Positions 23,065 to 33,107 are shown, counted from the stretch's first letter. The stretch: 64,000 nucleotides of DNA from Cyanobacteria bacterium J06626_4 (GCA_038523235.1 JBCBJQ010000003.1:94188-158187), one strand, 5' to 3'. Numbers and translations: made by a program. Notes: generated by a model from the sequence alone, not told the origin.

Positions 23065-23397
23065 AATTCGGGAGTGACTGACAATAACAGGTGCCGACAA
23101 ATTCCTCTTACTATAACCATAGTTTTTAGAGAGACCACTAATTTTTTTTACAAAAGCTTCATCCGGTAGAGTCGACTGCCCCTCCAGTTCCGGCTAAAAT
23201 CCTTGGTTTGGCATCGAACAGAGCCGGAAACCGGGGGGGCGCTTTGGGCGGATTCGGGCTGCACCGGCGGGTTCTTTCGTCTTTCTGGGTTGCCCTTGAT
23301 AGACTAGGTAAATAAAGATAGGGCAGTCTAGACCAACCGCAAAAGACGTCGGGTTACTCAAGCCGCCCTCGTAATCGCGATCGCTAGTTGCAAAGAA

Positions 23398-23973
23398 GTG
23401 AGTATGGTTAGCGTGTTTTGGAATTGTATGCCGCCCATGCTGTTAGGACTGGGGCTACCGGTAGATATCCTCTCGACCCAAGGCATTATGGTGATGCTGC
23501 TGGTGGGATATGCCGGGGCCATGTGGATGTTTTTGAGCAGTGCGCCCAAAGTCTATACCGTCATGGTGTCTGACTTAGAAACGGCTCGTCGCTTTTATGA
23601 AGGCATGCTGCAAATGCAAACTGCCGATGTGCCGCTGCACTACTACTACAATTACGAACAAACCCTAGGCACCGCTGCTATTGACCCCGTGTTTTCGAGC
23701 AGCATGGCGACCTCGTCACAGCCTTACAACTCGCCTGATGGTCTTTGGTATCAGCTCAAAAAAAATACGCAGCTGCATGTGATCAGCGGGGCCAGCCGGG
23801 GCCATCGTGATCGCCATCGACACGTCTGTTTTGATCACGATTGCCTAGAACAAATTTTGATGCGTGTTCAAACCCGAGGCGTGCGCTGCAAGATTCGCCG
23901 TGATACCCCCCTCAACTTTTTAGTTAAGGACTACGACGGTCAGGTTATTGAGATGGCCGAAGTTGCTAACTAG
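23398..23973 (+). CDS. Glyoxalase/VOC-like domain membrane protein (start approximate)
   Basis: N-terminal TM helix; VMVSDLETARRFYEGML, RHVCFD and VKDYDGQVIEMAE VOC-type motifs. Confidence 0.8.
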   Translation: MSMVSVFWNCMPPMLLGLGLPVDILSTQGIMVMLLVGYAGAMWMFLSSAPKVYTVMVSDLETARRFYEGMLQMQTADVPLHYYYNYEQTLGTAAIDPVFSSSMATSSQPYNSPDGLWYQLKKNTQLHVISGASRGHRDRHRHVCFDHDCLEQILMRVQTRGVRCKIRRDTPLNFLVKDYDGQVIEMAEVAN

Positions 23974-24207
23974 AAACCCCCATCAGGGATAGCGGGTGTG
24001 GGGCGTAGCGGCTCGAAGATAGCGCCTGATCAAGAGTCAAGAACGCTGCCGCATGAGTGATGACAGTTTCATTTAGCAGTTAGGCAATCGCGTCGAGAAA
24101 AACTGCCACAAATAAACCCAGACTGCTTGAGTATGTGAACATCTCAAACACTCTGGGTTAGAGTACCGCTAGCCTAGCCCATAGTCAGGTGAGCTCAGCT
24201 TGGCGTG

Positions 24208-24615
24208 TTATTCAAAAACAAACTCGCTACCGGAAATCGCCCCGGTAGAAACACCTGACGGCAATAGCTGCACTGAGGTGTTGTAAGGATTCAGCAAGTC
24301 AGGCACGCGGATGGTGGGATCGGTACGCGTTTGCTGGTCGAGCAGATAGACATAGGTATCGTGAACCGCATAAAGATCGTTCATGATGTCTTGCTCAGGA
24401 AACCCACCCACGCCAAACATTGTGCCGAGTTGACCTGGAGTGGAACGATTATTGATGTAAGCGCCGGAGTTGGCGTTGAAAATCTCATTCATCGCCCGCG
24501 GGACATACGCTGACTCTGAGGTAGGAGGCTCATCTGCCTGGGCACTAGAGGCGATCGCGACGGAGGCGATGATTGCGGCCGTCGCCGTCAAAGACCGAAT
24601 TAAGAACTTAGCCAT
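24208..24615 (-). CDS. Conserved hypothetical secreted protein
   Basis: GAGG RBS upstream of ATG 24615; signal peptide ending ASSAQA; C-terminal DPTIRVPDLLNPYNTS motif. Confidence 0.75.
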   Translation of the reverse strand: MAKFLIRSLTATAAIIASVAIASSAQADEPPTSESAYVPRAMNEIFNANSGAYINNRSTPGQLGTMFGVGGFPEQDIMNDLYAVHDTYVYLLDQQTRTDPTIRVPDLLNPYNTSVQLLPSGVSTGAISGSEFVFE

Positions 24616-24807
24616 CTCACATTCCTCAATCCACTGAATAAAACGAATAGACACAGACATAGACCGATGTTTGCTATGTCTTGGAGTCTCTTGGCGGCGT
24701 AAACTAAAATTCACACCAACAATTCACCCGACCAAAATGGCCTGACTGCCTGTTACTTATAGCGCAGTCTCACCAAAACGACGCAATTTTTCTTCATTAT
24801 TTTCTCT

Positions 24808-25425
24808 ATGACATCCCGCACTGACTCCTCTGTTTTGACCTTGACGACGTTGTCCCCAGAGGAACTCCGCGATCGCCTACTCGATCTGTTTTGCGAAGCG
24901 GCCTACAAAGAAGGAGATTTCACCCTTTCCTCTGGGCAAAAGAGCACCTATTACATCAATGGCAAGCAGGTCACGCTGCACGCTGCAGGCGGCGTGATGG
25001 TCGGGCGTTTGCTGCTTGACAAGTTACCGGCGACGACGGCAGCGGTGGCGGGACTCACGCTGGGCGCCGACCCCATGGTCACGGGGGTCAGTATTGTCGG
25101 TGCCTATCGCGATCGTCCGATCACGCCGCTGATTGTGCGCAAGGAAGCCAAAGGCCACGGCACCCAGGCCTATATCGAAGGGCCTACCCTGCCACCGGAA
25201 ACGCCTGTCGTGGTACTCGAAGATGTCGTCACAACTGGGCGCTCTGCCTGGCAAGCGGTTGAGCGGCTGCGGCAAGCTGGCTATACGGTAGACACCATTT
25301 TGGCCTTGGTCGATCGCCAGCAGGGCGGTAGTGAGTTTTATCAAGCTCAAGGGCTTAATTTTGAAGCCCTATTTGCCATCACCGACATCAAGGCTCGCTA
25401 TGCGGCGCTGTCACAGCAGGCGTGA
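24808..25425 (+). CDS. pyrE: Orotate phosphoribosyltransferase
   Basis: FTLSSGQKSTYYINGK, RKEAKGHG and the PRPP motif VVLEDVVTTG. Confidence 0.96.
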   Translation: MTSRTDSSVLTLTTLSPEELRDRLLDLFCEAAYKEGDFTLSSGQKSTYYINGKQVTLHAAGGVMVGRLLLDKLPATTAAVAGLTLGADPMVTGVSIVGAYRDRPITPLIVRKEAKGHGTQAYIEGPTLPPETPVVVLEDVVTTGRSAWQAVERLRQAGYTVDTILALVDRQQGGSEFYQAQGLNFEALFAITDIKARYAALSQQA

Positions 25426-25538
25426 GGGATGAGTGGACCGCGAGCTAGTTCACGGACGATTTCAAAATCCGCATCCCAACTTGCTAACTCAACCCCGTTT
25501 CCGCCTGACGCTGCCGTTCGTTCCTCGCCTAAAACGCC

Positions 25539-26453
25539 ATGACTAAAACGGCTGGGACGATGAGTCCTTGGCATACTGGGTTAGCTGTGTTGGTCACAGC
25601 TCTATGGGGCTTCACTTTTGTCGCCATCAAAGTAGGACTGGGGGAATTTCCGCCGCTGCTGTTTGCGGCGTTTCGATACATCGTGGTCGCGGTGCCAACC
25701 ATGTTGTTTGTGCCCCGATACCCCATGGCTTGGGGCTGGATCATTGCCGTGGGCATTACCATGGGCGTCTTGCAGAACGGCTTGCTGTATGTGGGATTAG
25801 GCCACGGCATGTCGCCGGGACTATCCTCTTTGCTGCTGCAGTCACAGGCGCTGTTTACACTGCTGTTTTCAACCCTGATTTTGCGCGATGTGCCGCGTCG
25901 CCAGCAGTGGCTCGGTGTCGGGTTGGCGCTGGCGGGCATGGGCACGATCGCCCTCGACCGGGGCGGCAATACGCCGCTGTTCGGTCTGACTCTGATCTTG
26001 GCGGCCGCCGCCGCTTGGGCCATGGGCAACATCTGCATCAAGCTGGCCAAGATTGATAATGGCTTTCAACTGTTTGCGTGGATGTCGGTGATTCCGCCGC
26101 TGCCGCTGCTGGGACTCTCAGCCTGGCTAGAGTCAGGACAGTGGGTGGCCCTGCGATCGCTCAGCTGGCTGGGTATCGGCACAATGCTCTATACGGGGCT
26201 GATTTCTTCGCTGCTGTGTTTCGGCTTTTGGGCTTATCTAGTGCAGCGCTATTCGCCCAACCGGATTGCCCCCTTTTCCTTACTGGTGCCGGTTTTTGGC
26301 ATGGCGTTTGCTGTCTCACTGTTGGGCGATAGTTTCAGCCGCTTAGAGATGATGGGTTCAGTGCTTGTGTTTATCGGGCTGAGCTGCAACATTTTGACGC
26401 CAACAGCTGCCGCGGCGATCGCCCCGACCCCAGGACCACCCACCCAAAATTGA
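25539..26453 (+). CDS. EamA/DMT family transporter
   Basis: About 10 TM helices; LWGFTFVAIKVGL..FPPL and APFSLLVPVFG motifs. Confidence 0.9.
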   Translation: MTKTAGTMSPWHTGLAVLVTALWGFTFVAIKVGLGEFPPLLFAAFRYIVVAVPTMLFVPRYPMAWGWIIAVGITMGVLQNGLLYVGLGHGMSPGLSSLLLQSQALFTLLFSTLILRDVPRRQQWLGVGLALAGMGTIALDRGGNTPLFGLTLILAAAAAWAMGNICIKLAKIDNGFQLFAWMSVIPPLPLLGLSAWLESGQWVALRSLSWLGIGTMLYTGLISSLLCFGFWAYLVQRYSPNRIAPFSLLVPVFGMAFAVSLLGDSFSRLEMMGSVLVFIGLSCNILTPTAAAAIAPTPGPPTQN

Positions 26454-26501
26454 GGCGTCACCATCCGCTAAGCTTTTGGCATTGCGCTGCCAGAGTTTGC
26501 T

Positions 26502-27254
26502 ATGACTGCCGGAATACTGACTGCTGTGATTTCTGCTGTAACGTCGCTCTTGGTGGCAGTGGGCACCCAGTACTTCACTTTTAGAACCACGCGCCAGCTA
26601 GAGCAGGCTCAGGAACGTGATCGCATCACCTTGACCTATCTCAACCCGCTCCGACTGTATGCCGAAGAAGTTTATGCACGGCTGGATCGGATTCGCGATC
26701 GTTTAGAGCAAGAAAATGGCACCTGCCAGGCTTTACTATCAATTGACCAACCAGAAGCAATTCACTCGATTGATGAAGATTGGTTTGCCTATCAAGGCTA
26801 CTATCTGATGTCATCCTGCTACATGACAGCTTGCCTATTCTTCCAAATCCAGCGAGTGCGGACGCATGCCCCCTTTCTAAAACTCAGTCAAAACAGCGAT
26901 ACCGAGCTGATCAGTTTGCTGTTCGATGTCAGCGTGTCCTTGGGCAAAGGCGGGGGCATTTACTACATTTTGCAGGGCACGTTGGCCCACGAAATGGCCA
27001 CCCCTGAAGGGCAAACTCCCATGAGCTATCGAGCTTTTTGCACGCAGCTACGCGATCCTCAAAACCTGGCCTGGTTTAAGCAGCTGGTGCAGTTTTATCT
27101 CAAGCTGGGGCAAGGGCAAAATCGTGATCGCATTGCCCCCACCTTGTCTGCTATTCAGCAGCTCTTAGGGTTTTTAGAACGCACCTTGGGTGGCGGCACC
27201 AGTATTGAGCAACGCCTGATCACCCAAAATGAGGCCGCTAACCAACCGCGTTAA
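26502..27254 (+). CDS. Hypothetical protein with N-terminal TM helix
   Basis: 250-aa ORF co-oriented with the EamA gene; 4-bp convergent overlap with the P-type ATPase. Confidence 0.7.
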   Translation: MTAGILTAVISAVTSLLVAVGTQYFTFRTTRQLEQAQERDRITLTYLNPLRLYAEEVYARLDRIRDRLEQENGTCQALLSIDQPEAIHSIDEDWFAYQGYYLMSSCYMTACLFFQIQRVRTHAPFLKLSQNSDTELISLLFDVSVSLGKGGGIYYILQGTLAHEMATPEGQTPMSYRAFCTQLRDPQNLAWFKQLVQFYLKLGQGQNRDRIAPTLSAIQQLLGFLERTLGGGTSIEQRLITQNEAANQPR

Positions 27255-30061
27255 TGCCAGCCTTTCGACAATCGGCGCAGCAGCTTTTCGCTCTCGACCC
27301 AGACAAACATCAGCGTACTGAAACCGAAGCAAATGGCGAGTTCTGTCGGACTGAGGAGCTGCGTACCAAAAAAGGTGCGCAGCGGTTCGACATAAATCAG
27401 CATCAGCTGCAGCACCGTTGTGATCGTCACGGCTGCCAACACAAACGGATTGGAAAAGGGCGACATCTGATAGGTCATTTGCGTATCTGACCGCACCGCG
27501 ATCGCGTGGCCCATTTGCGCCAGACAGAGGGTGGTGAACACCATCGTTTTCCAGCGGTCGGGGTCACCGGGCAAATCAGGATTTTGGGCATGGAAATAGG
27601 CCCAATACATCAGCGTGATGGAAATGATGCTGAACACCACGCCGATGCGCAGCATATAGACGCCGAGCCCCCGCGCAAAGATGCTTTCTTGTGAATCGTG
27701 GGGCGGGCGTTCCATCACATCGACTTCGGCGGGTTCGACGGCCAACGCTAAGGCGGGAAAGCCGTCGGTAACCCAATTCATCCACAAAATTTGTAGCGGC
27801 GTCAGCGGCACATCCAAAATCGGTAGCAAAATCGGCGAGGCGGCGATCGTCAGCACTTCACCAATGTTGGAACCGAGAATATATTTCACAAAGCGACGAA
27901 TGTTGTTGTAGACCACGCGCCCTTCTTCCGCTGCCGCCACGATGGTGGCGAAGTTATCGTCGAGCAGCACCATATCGCTAGCTTCTTTGCTAACGTCGGT
28001 ACCGGTGATGCCCATGGCAATGCCGATGTCAGCCTGTTTCAGCGCGGGGGCATCATTAACGCCATCGCCGGTCATGACCACAACGTGATGCTGGGCCTGC
28101 AGTGCCTGCACAATTCGCAGCTTGTGTTCGGGAGCCACTCGCGCATACACCTGCACATCACGAACGGCCTGCTGCAGGTCGGCAGTATTCATGGTTTCTA
28201 AAGTTTGCCCGGTGAGCGTCGTGGCATCGGTCGGGGCAATGCCCATATCGGCCGCGATCGCTCGGGCCGTTAGCTGGTGATCGCCGGTAATCATCATCGG
28301 GCGAATGCCGGCCTGCTGACAGAGCCGCACCGCCTCACGCGCTTCGGGTCGGGGTGCATCCATCATGCCCACCAGTCCCAACCACACCAAATCTTGCTCC
28401 ACGTCGGCTTCTGCAACGTCGGGCGGCGGCAAGGTAGTGAGCGATTTACTCGCGAGGCCCAACACCCGCAAGCCCTGGCTGGCCATCGTTTCATTTTGCG
28501 CCAGAATGCGATCGCGCGTCGCCGCTGCCAAAGGCTGTAACGCCCCCCCTTGCTGAATCCGCTCACACCGCTCTAGCAGCAGTTCGGGTGAGCCTTTGGA
28601 AAAGAGCCAGTAAGGGCTGTCCGGCAAGTCTAGGTCGGTAGCCTCAGGCAGCGGGGCGACGATCACGCTCATCCGCTTCCGTTCGGATGAAAAAGCCCAT
28701 TCGGCCTGACGCGAAAACTGCGGCATCAGCGCTTGCTGATTAAACTCGGCCTTGCCCGCCAGCACCACCAAAGCGCCTTCCGTCGGGTCCCCTAAGATCG
28801 CCCATTCTCCCGCTTCTTTTTGCAAGACGGCATCGTTGCACAGCACCCCACACAGCAGCAGCCGTCTCAGATCCGGCGATGTGGCCTCATCCACGTCGCC
28901 GGACTCGGTGATGAACTTCCCTTCGGGCTGGTAACCAGCACCGGTCACTTGCAAACGTTGATCCAGCGTTTGCACCGTCTGGACGACCATTTTGTTCTGG
29001 GTGAGCGTGCCGGTTTTGTCAGAGCAAATCGTCGTCACTGAGCCTAGAGTTTCGACGGCTGGTAGGCGACGGATCAGGGCACTGCGGCGCACCATGCGCT
29101 GGGTGCCGATCGCCAGCGTTACGGTAATCACGGCGGGCAACCCTTCGGGCACGACAGCCACGGCCATGCTCAACGACACTTCTAGCAGGTCTTCAAAGGC
29201 TGCCCAACCCGCAAACAGGACGCCCCCAACCACAATGATCGCAACCAAAATCATCGAGCCGGTGACCAGGGCATTACCCAGCTGATTCATCCGCAGCTGC
29301 AGCGGTGTGGGCTCATTTTCTACCGCCTGCAGCATAGCGGCGATGCGCCCCAGCTCAGTCTGCATGCCCGTTTGGGTCACCAGAGCCCGCCCACGCCCCT
29401 TAACCACCTCGGTGCCTTGATACACCAGGTTAGTGCGATCACCCAAGCTCGCCTCGGCGGCTAACGCTTCAGCAGCTTTTTTCATCACGGCCTGGGCTTC
29501 GCCCGTGAGTGCCGACTCGCGCACTTGCAAATTAGCGGTATCCAGCAATAGCCCGTCGGCGGCGACCTGCATGCCAGCATCCAATAGCAACACATCGCCG
29601 GGCACTAAATCCTGTGAGGGCACTTCGATCGTCTTGCTATCACGGACGATACGCACGCTGGGCGACGCCATTTGCTTCAGCGCCGCGAGGGCTTTTTCGG
29701 CCCGACTTTCTTGCAGATACCCCAACACGCCATTCAAAATAACGATGGCAAAAATTGCGATCGCATCCTTTGGCAGTTCATGGGCCCGCAGGGCAATCCC
29801 CCCAGAGATGACCGCGACTGCCATCAACATCAGCAGCATGATGTTGGTGAACTGATCAATAAAAATGCGCCAGTTCGCGCGCCCCTGGGTCTCTTCTAAA
29901 ACATTGGCTCCCACCTGCTCGCGGCGAGTGATCACCTCTGGTGACGATAACCCCGCCTGGCGATCACTCTGCAATTGGGTCAGCGCTTGATCAGGCAGCA
30001 ACGTATGCCAGCCGCCAGCGGGCGGAGTGGGTAGCCAATCGGTCGTATCCAAAGCGTTCAA
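27251..30061 (-). CDS. Cation-transporting P-type ATPase (type IIA, PacL-like Ca2+ ATPase)
   Basis: LTGE, VPEGLP, DKTGTLT, KGSPE, MITGD and [12 protein letters not shown] motifs. Confidence 0.95.
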   Translation of the reverse strand: MNALDTTDWLPTPPAGGWHTLLPDQALTQLQSDRQAGLSSPEVITRREQVGANVLEETQGRANWRIFIDQFTNIMLLMLMAVAVISGGIALRAHELPKDAIAIFAIVILNGVLGYLQESRAEKALAALKQMASPSVRIVRDSKTIEVPSQDLVPGDVLLLDAGMQVAADGLLLDTANLQVRESALTGEAQAVMKKAAEALAAEASLGDRTNLVYQGTEVVKGRGRALVTQTGMQTELGRIAAMLQAVENEPTPLQLRMNQLGNALVTGSMILVAIIVVGGVLFAGWAAFEDLLEVSLSMAVAVVPEGLPAVITVTLAIGTQRMVRRSALIRRLPAVETLGSVTTICSDKTGTLTQNKMVVQTVQTLDQRLQVTGAGYQPEGKFITESGDVDEATSPDLRRLLLCGVLCNDAVLQKEAGEWAILGDPTEGALVVLAGKAEFNQQALMPQFSRQAEWAFSSERKRMSVIVAPLPEATDLDLPDSPYWLFSKGSPELLLERCERIQQGGALQPLAAATRDRILAQNETMASQGLRVLGLASKSLTTLPPPDVAEADVEQDLVWLGLVGMMDAPRPEAREAVRLCQQAGIRPMMITGDHQLTARAIAADMGIAPTDATTLTGQTLETMNTADLQQAVRDVQVYARVAPEHKLRIVQALQAQHHVVVMTGDGVNDAPALKQADIGIAMGITGTDVSKEASDMVLLDDNFATIVAAAEEGRVVYNNIRRFVKYILGSNIGEVLTIAASPILLPILDVPLTPLQILWMNWVTDGFPALALAVEPAEVDVMERPPHDSQESIFARGLGVYMLRIGVVFSIISITLMYWAYFHAQNPDLPGDPDRWKTMVFTTLCLAQMGHAIAVRSDTQMTYQMSPFSNPFVLAAVTITTVLQLMLIYVEPLRTFFGTQLLSPTELAICFGFSTLMFVWVESEKLLRRLSKGWH

Positions 30062-30171
30062 AAGCTCTACTTGCCAACGATTTCATGTTATCGGTCTGGC
30101 CGAATTGAAGATCTGGCTCTAGCGGTAGATGTTGTGCTTTGTAGAAATTCGTATTGTTTCAGGCAGAAATA

Positions 30172-31026
30172 TTATTCAACGTTGGCGCGTCTCAAAAACG
30201 GCACGAGCACGTCTGACACCTTATCGGCCCAGTCTTCTTGGGCATAATGACCAACTTCAGCCAATTTCGTCAGCTCCCCATGGGGCAAGGTCTCAGCCCA
30301 GGTCTCGGCCAGCGCCACCGGCACCCAAGGGTCGGCGGTGCCCCAAATCAGGAGCGTCATGCCTGACCACTGCTTGAGCTCTGCGGCGATCGCCTGGGTT
30401 GTCGCCGCTAGGTTGAAGGTCCGCAGGGTAAACAGCAGCGATCGCCCGGCGGATGACGTGGTCAAAAACGGTTTGCGATACACGTCTAAGTCTTTGTCTT
30501 TGACCTGGTAGGGGCCGCCGCCTTCCAGGGTGCGATCGACCAGTAAGGGATCTTGGGTCATCATTTCACCGGCGAGCGGCCAGGTCATGCGACGAACGGC
30601 ACCCGGTAGCTTGACCGTCGTATCTAACGGCGTGTTGATGATTACCAATCGCTCCACCCGCTCCGCATGACGCAGCGCATACAGCACGCCATAAACGCCC
30701 ATAAAGCCCTGCACGACCAGGTGACAGCGCTCAATCTCCAGCGCTTGCAAAAACTCGTTTAAGGCCTCGACAAAGGCATCGGCGGTATAGGCAAAGTCGC
30801 GTTTTTCCGGAAAATCGGAAAAGCCGTGGCCGATCCAATCCGGGGCGATCGCGCGCAAGCCTTGCGCCGCGATTTTGGGCATTACCTCGCGCCAGCTATA
30901 GCTTTGCGACACTAACCCATGCAGCAACACCACCGGCAGCCGACTGGTGTCTTCGCGCAGTGGATTGGCCTCGCGATAAAACCACTTCAGCTTGCCCACC
31001 TGAATTTGCTGCTCTAAAATCGCCAC
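30172..31026 (-). CDS. Alpha/beta fold hydrolase (haloalkane-dehalogenase-like)
   Basis: VLLHG, APDWIGHGFS and GHYAQED motifs; the nucleophile elbow reads VVQGFMG. Confidence 0.85.
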   Translation of the reverse strand: MAILEQQIQVGKLKWFYREANPLREDTSRLPVVLLHGLVSQSYSWREVMPKIAAQGLRAIAPDWIGHGFSDFPEKRDFAYTADAFVEALNEFLQALEIERCHLVVQGFMGVYGVLYALRHAERVERLVIINTPLDTTVKLPGAVRRMTWPLAGEMMTQDPLLVDRTLEGGGPYQVKDKDLDVYRKPFLTTSSAGRSLLFTLRTFNLAATTQAIAAELKQWSGMTLLIWGTADPWVPVALAETWAETLPHGELTKLAEVGHYAQEDWADKVSDVLVPFLRRANVE

Positions 31027-31559
31027 CGACTCGGCCTCTAGATATCGATATGTAGACCCCAGGCTGGTTAAAAACTGCAGCTGCTGTGAGATGTCGTAGC
31101 AACAGTTCTTAATCCAGACGAAGTTAACGTGGCTATGAGCTTACCGCCTTAGCGACCTCCCCAGCAATTGAGCTCCGCGATGGCGACCGCAGTCCAAGAC
31201 AGGGCTGGCACCCCTCACCCCAACCCCTCTTTTGTCGATAGCAAGGCGGCAAACCCTGATGGTTCCCTGGCTCCACTTACCCCCGCCGGGTCAGGCGGCG
31301 GGCGGCATGAGGGCGATCGCCTGCCGGGTCTATCCAGGCGCTGCAATATCTTATTGACCTGTTCACCGGGCACGCGATCGCTGGGTGATACCCGTAACCC
31401 GGGTGTTAAACGCAGGCTGAGAAAGGCGCTAGCAGTTTCAGTAAAAACACCAGCAAACCTGGCTGACAATTTTTTCGAGGTACCGTAGATGTACCGTATT
31501 TTGTAATATATCAAGAAGAGGTGGGCTCAGCCGCCTCCCATCGAGAGGAGGAAACCACC

Positions 31560-31760
31560 ATGTCAGGAACCTTCGAAACCGGACATCAGCTGTCATCACT
31601 GGTTGACCAGTTCATGGCGTCGAGAAATATCAGTCAGCGGCAGTACCGACGGCTGTCTCAACTTGTTTTGGCCGACGGTAGCATTGACGAGCAAGAATTG
31701 CGAGAAATTAATCGCTTGTTTGACGCGATTCAAACGGGTCGGATTCGCGTCATCGATTAA
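31560..31760 (+). CDS. Small hypothetical protein, paralog 1 (66 aa)
   Basis: Strong RBS GAGGAGG before ATG 31560; clearly homologous to 32109-32309 (MSGTF..G.QLSSLVD...LADGSIDEQEL.EINRLFDAI..G.IRV). Confidence 0.85.
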   Translation: MSGTFETGHQLSSLVDQFMASRNISQRQYRRLSQLVLADGSIDEQELREINRLFDAIQTGRIRVID

Positions 31761-32108
31761 GAAAGTTGCCCTGAACCTGCACAGGCAATCTGCCAGAGGT
31801 GGGTTGATGCCTTGTCGATCGCGCTAAATGTCCGATCAAAGTGCATTTTGCCCCACCGCCCCACCCCCGCAATTGCCCCTGCTCAGGACCCAGAGACTGC
31901 CCCACGCCGGTATTTTCATCCTCAGGTCTGTGCCGAGGTGGTGTAGACGAGGAAGATTCCCGGCGATCTGCCTGAGACTGCGCGACTGCGGCGGCTCAGA
32001 AGTGCGCAAAAACCCATTGGATTGAGCTGACCGTCTCCAAGCGCTGCCGGTATACTTAACCGGGAAGAGGCGCGTGAAATCGTCTGTTACAGAGAGGAGG
32101 AGACGACG

Positions 32109-32309
32109 ATGTCAGGAACCTTTGGCAACGGATACCAGCTTTCATCACTAGTTGATCACTGCATCGCGTGCAAACACATTAGTCAGCAAGAGTATCAGTA
32201 TCTCGCTCAAATCCTCTTGGCGGACGGCAGCATTGATGAGCAGGAACTCCAAGAAATCAATCGCCTGTTTGACGCCATTAAAGCAGGCCAGATTCGCGTA
32301 CTTCATTAA
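32109..32309 (+). CDS. Small hypothetical protein, paralog 2 (66 aa)
   Basis: RBS GAGGAGG; same length as and extensive identity with 31560-31760. Confidence 0.85.
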   Translation: MSGTFGNGYQLSSLVDHCIACKHISQQEYQYLAQILLADGSIDEQELQEINRLFDAIKAGQIRVLH

Positions 32310-32387
32310 GAGCGAGTCGAGTCTTTGTGGTGTAACCATTTCCTGCGTAGAGTCATGGTGTTGCCGGCCCAGGGGGCATAAGACTAC

Positions 32388-32429
32388 TTCAAGAAATAAC
32401 GTGTCCAATTCAAGAAATAACGTGTCCAA
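32388..32429. repeat. Perfect 21-bp tandem duplication (TTCAAGAAATAACGTGTCCAA x2)
   Basis: Read directly from the sequence. Confidence 0.95.
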
Positions 32430-32762
32430 GACCCCGGTTTCTAGGCACAGGTCAACAGTCTCCAGCCAGTTTTTCCATCGAAACTGGGTGCTTCAGGTGG
32501 AATATTCTTTAGGCTGGATGCCTCTAAGGGACTTGTGATGGGGATATAGCTTTCTTTCGCAGAGAGACGCCAATTCTTGCCCACAGGGCGCATAACTTCG
32601 CTCAGCTAGCGTCAATCTTGGGGCGCTGGCTTGTCGGTCAAGTCAACAGCGGTATCGGTAAAACCGATTAACGCAGCTAATGGCAAGCCTCGCGGCAGTT
32701 AAATCATCCCGGCTTCAGATTGTCAGCGGTCACATAAAGCATCGATAAACTCTCCTGAATCT

Positions 32763-32768
32763 TCCGGG
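32763..32768 (+). promoter_or_regulatory. DIF1-like -35 element (TCCGGG), copy 1; copy 2 at 32984-32989
   Basis: One mismatch to TCCGGA, located 30 nt before the predicted RNA 5' end in both repeats. Confidence 0.55.
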
Positions 32769-32798
32769 AATATAGGGACTTCGCTCGGGTAATGGAAT

Positions 32799-32854
32799 GG
32801 TAGATGCACCCTGATTCCAAAGCTTCGCTGTTTTAACAGCGGGGCTTTTTTTTT
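32799..32854 (+). ncRNA. NsiR1-like small RNA, copy 1
   Basis: GGTAGATGCACCCTGAT followed by a terminator hairpin AAAGCTTCGCTG..CAGCGGGGCTTT and T9; DIF1-like TCCGGG at -36..-31. Confidence 0.75.
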
Positions 32855-33019
32855 CGCGAGTCACGTCACGGGTCAGTTGAGCACCGTCCAACACGTCAGT
32901 GCCAAGCTATTTCACCCTTGCTGCTCATCCCTGCTTCAGACTGCCAGCAGTCATATAAAGCCTTGATAAACTCTCCCCAACCTTCCGGGAATACAAGGAC
33001 TTCGCTCGGGTAATGGAGT

Positions 33020-33073
33020 GGTAGATGCACCCTGATTCCAAAGCTTCGCTGTTTTAACGGCGGGGCTTTTTTT
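33020..33073 (+). ncRNA. NsiR1-like small RNA, copy 2
   Basis: Identical to copy 1 except for an A>G change that keeps the stem paired (U-G) and a shorter T-run; TCCGGG at 32984-32989. Confidence 0.75.
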
Positions 33074-33107
33074 GTCACTGGGCACTGTTCAGCAGGTCAG
33101 TACGAGG

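Larger units (their letters stand above)
32704..33073 (+). repeat. Two direct repeats of ~150 bp with a 221-bp period
   Basis: 32704-32854 aligns without gaps to 32925-33073; the 3' ~75 bp are nearly identical. Confidence 0.95.

Noticed and set aside
31485..31495. GTAGATGTACC resembling the sRNA 5' seed (possible third copy)
   Set aside because: Only 10 of 11 nt match, with no TCCGG at -35 and no terminator hairpin behind it; likely chance.
32704..33073. Repeats as a CRISPR array or MITE
   Set aside because: Only two long units with promoter and terminator architecture; no short repeat-spacer periodicity, cas genes or terminal inverted repeats.
32896..33078. 60-aa minus-strand ORF over repeat copy 2
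   Set aside because: It starts within the terminator T-run and is better explained as the antisense shadow of the sRNA unit.
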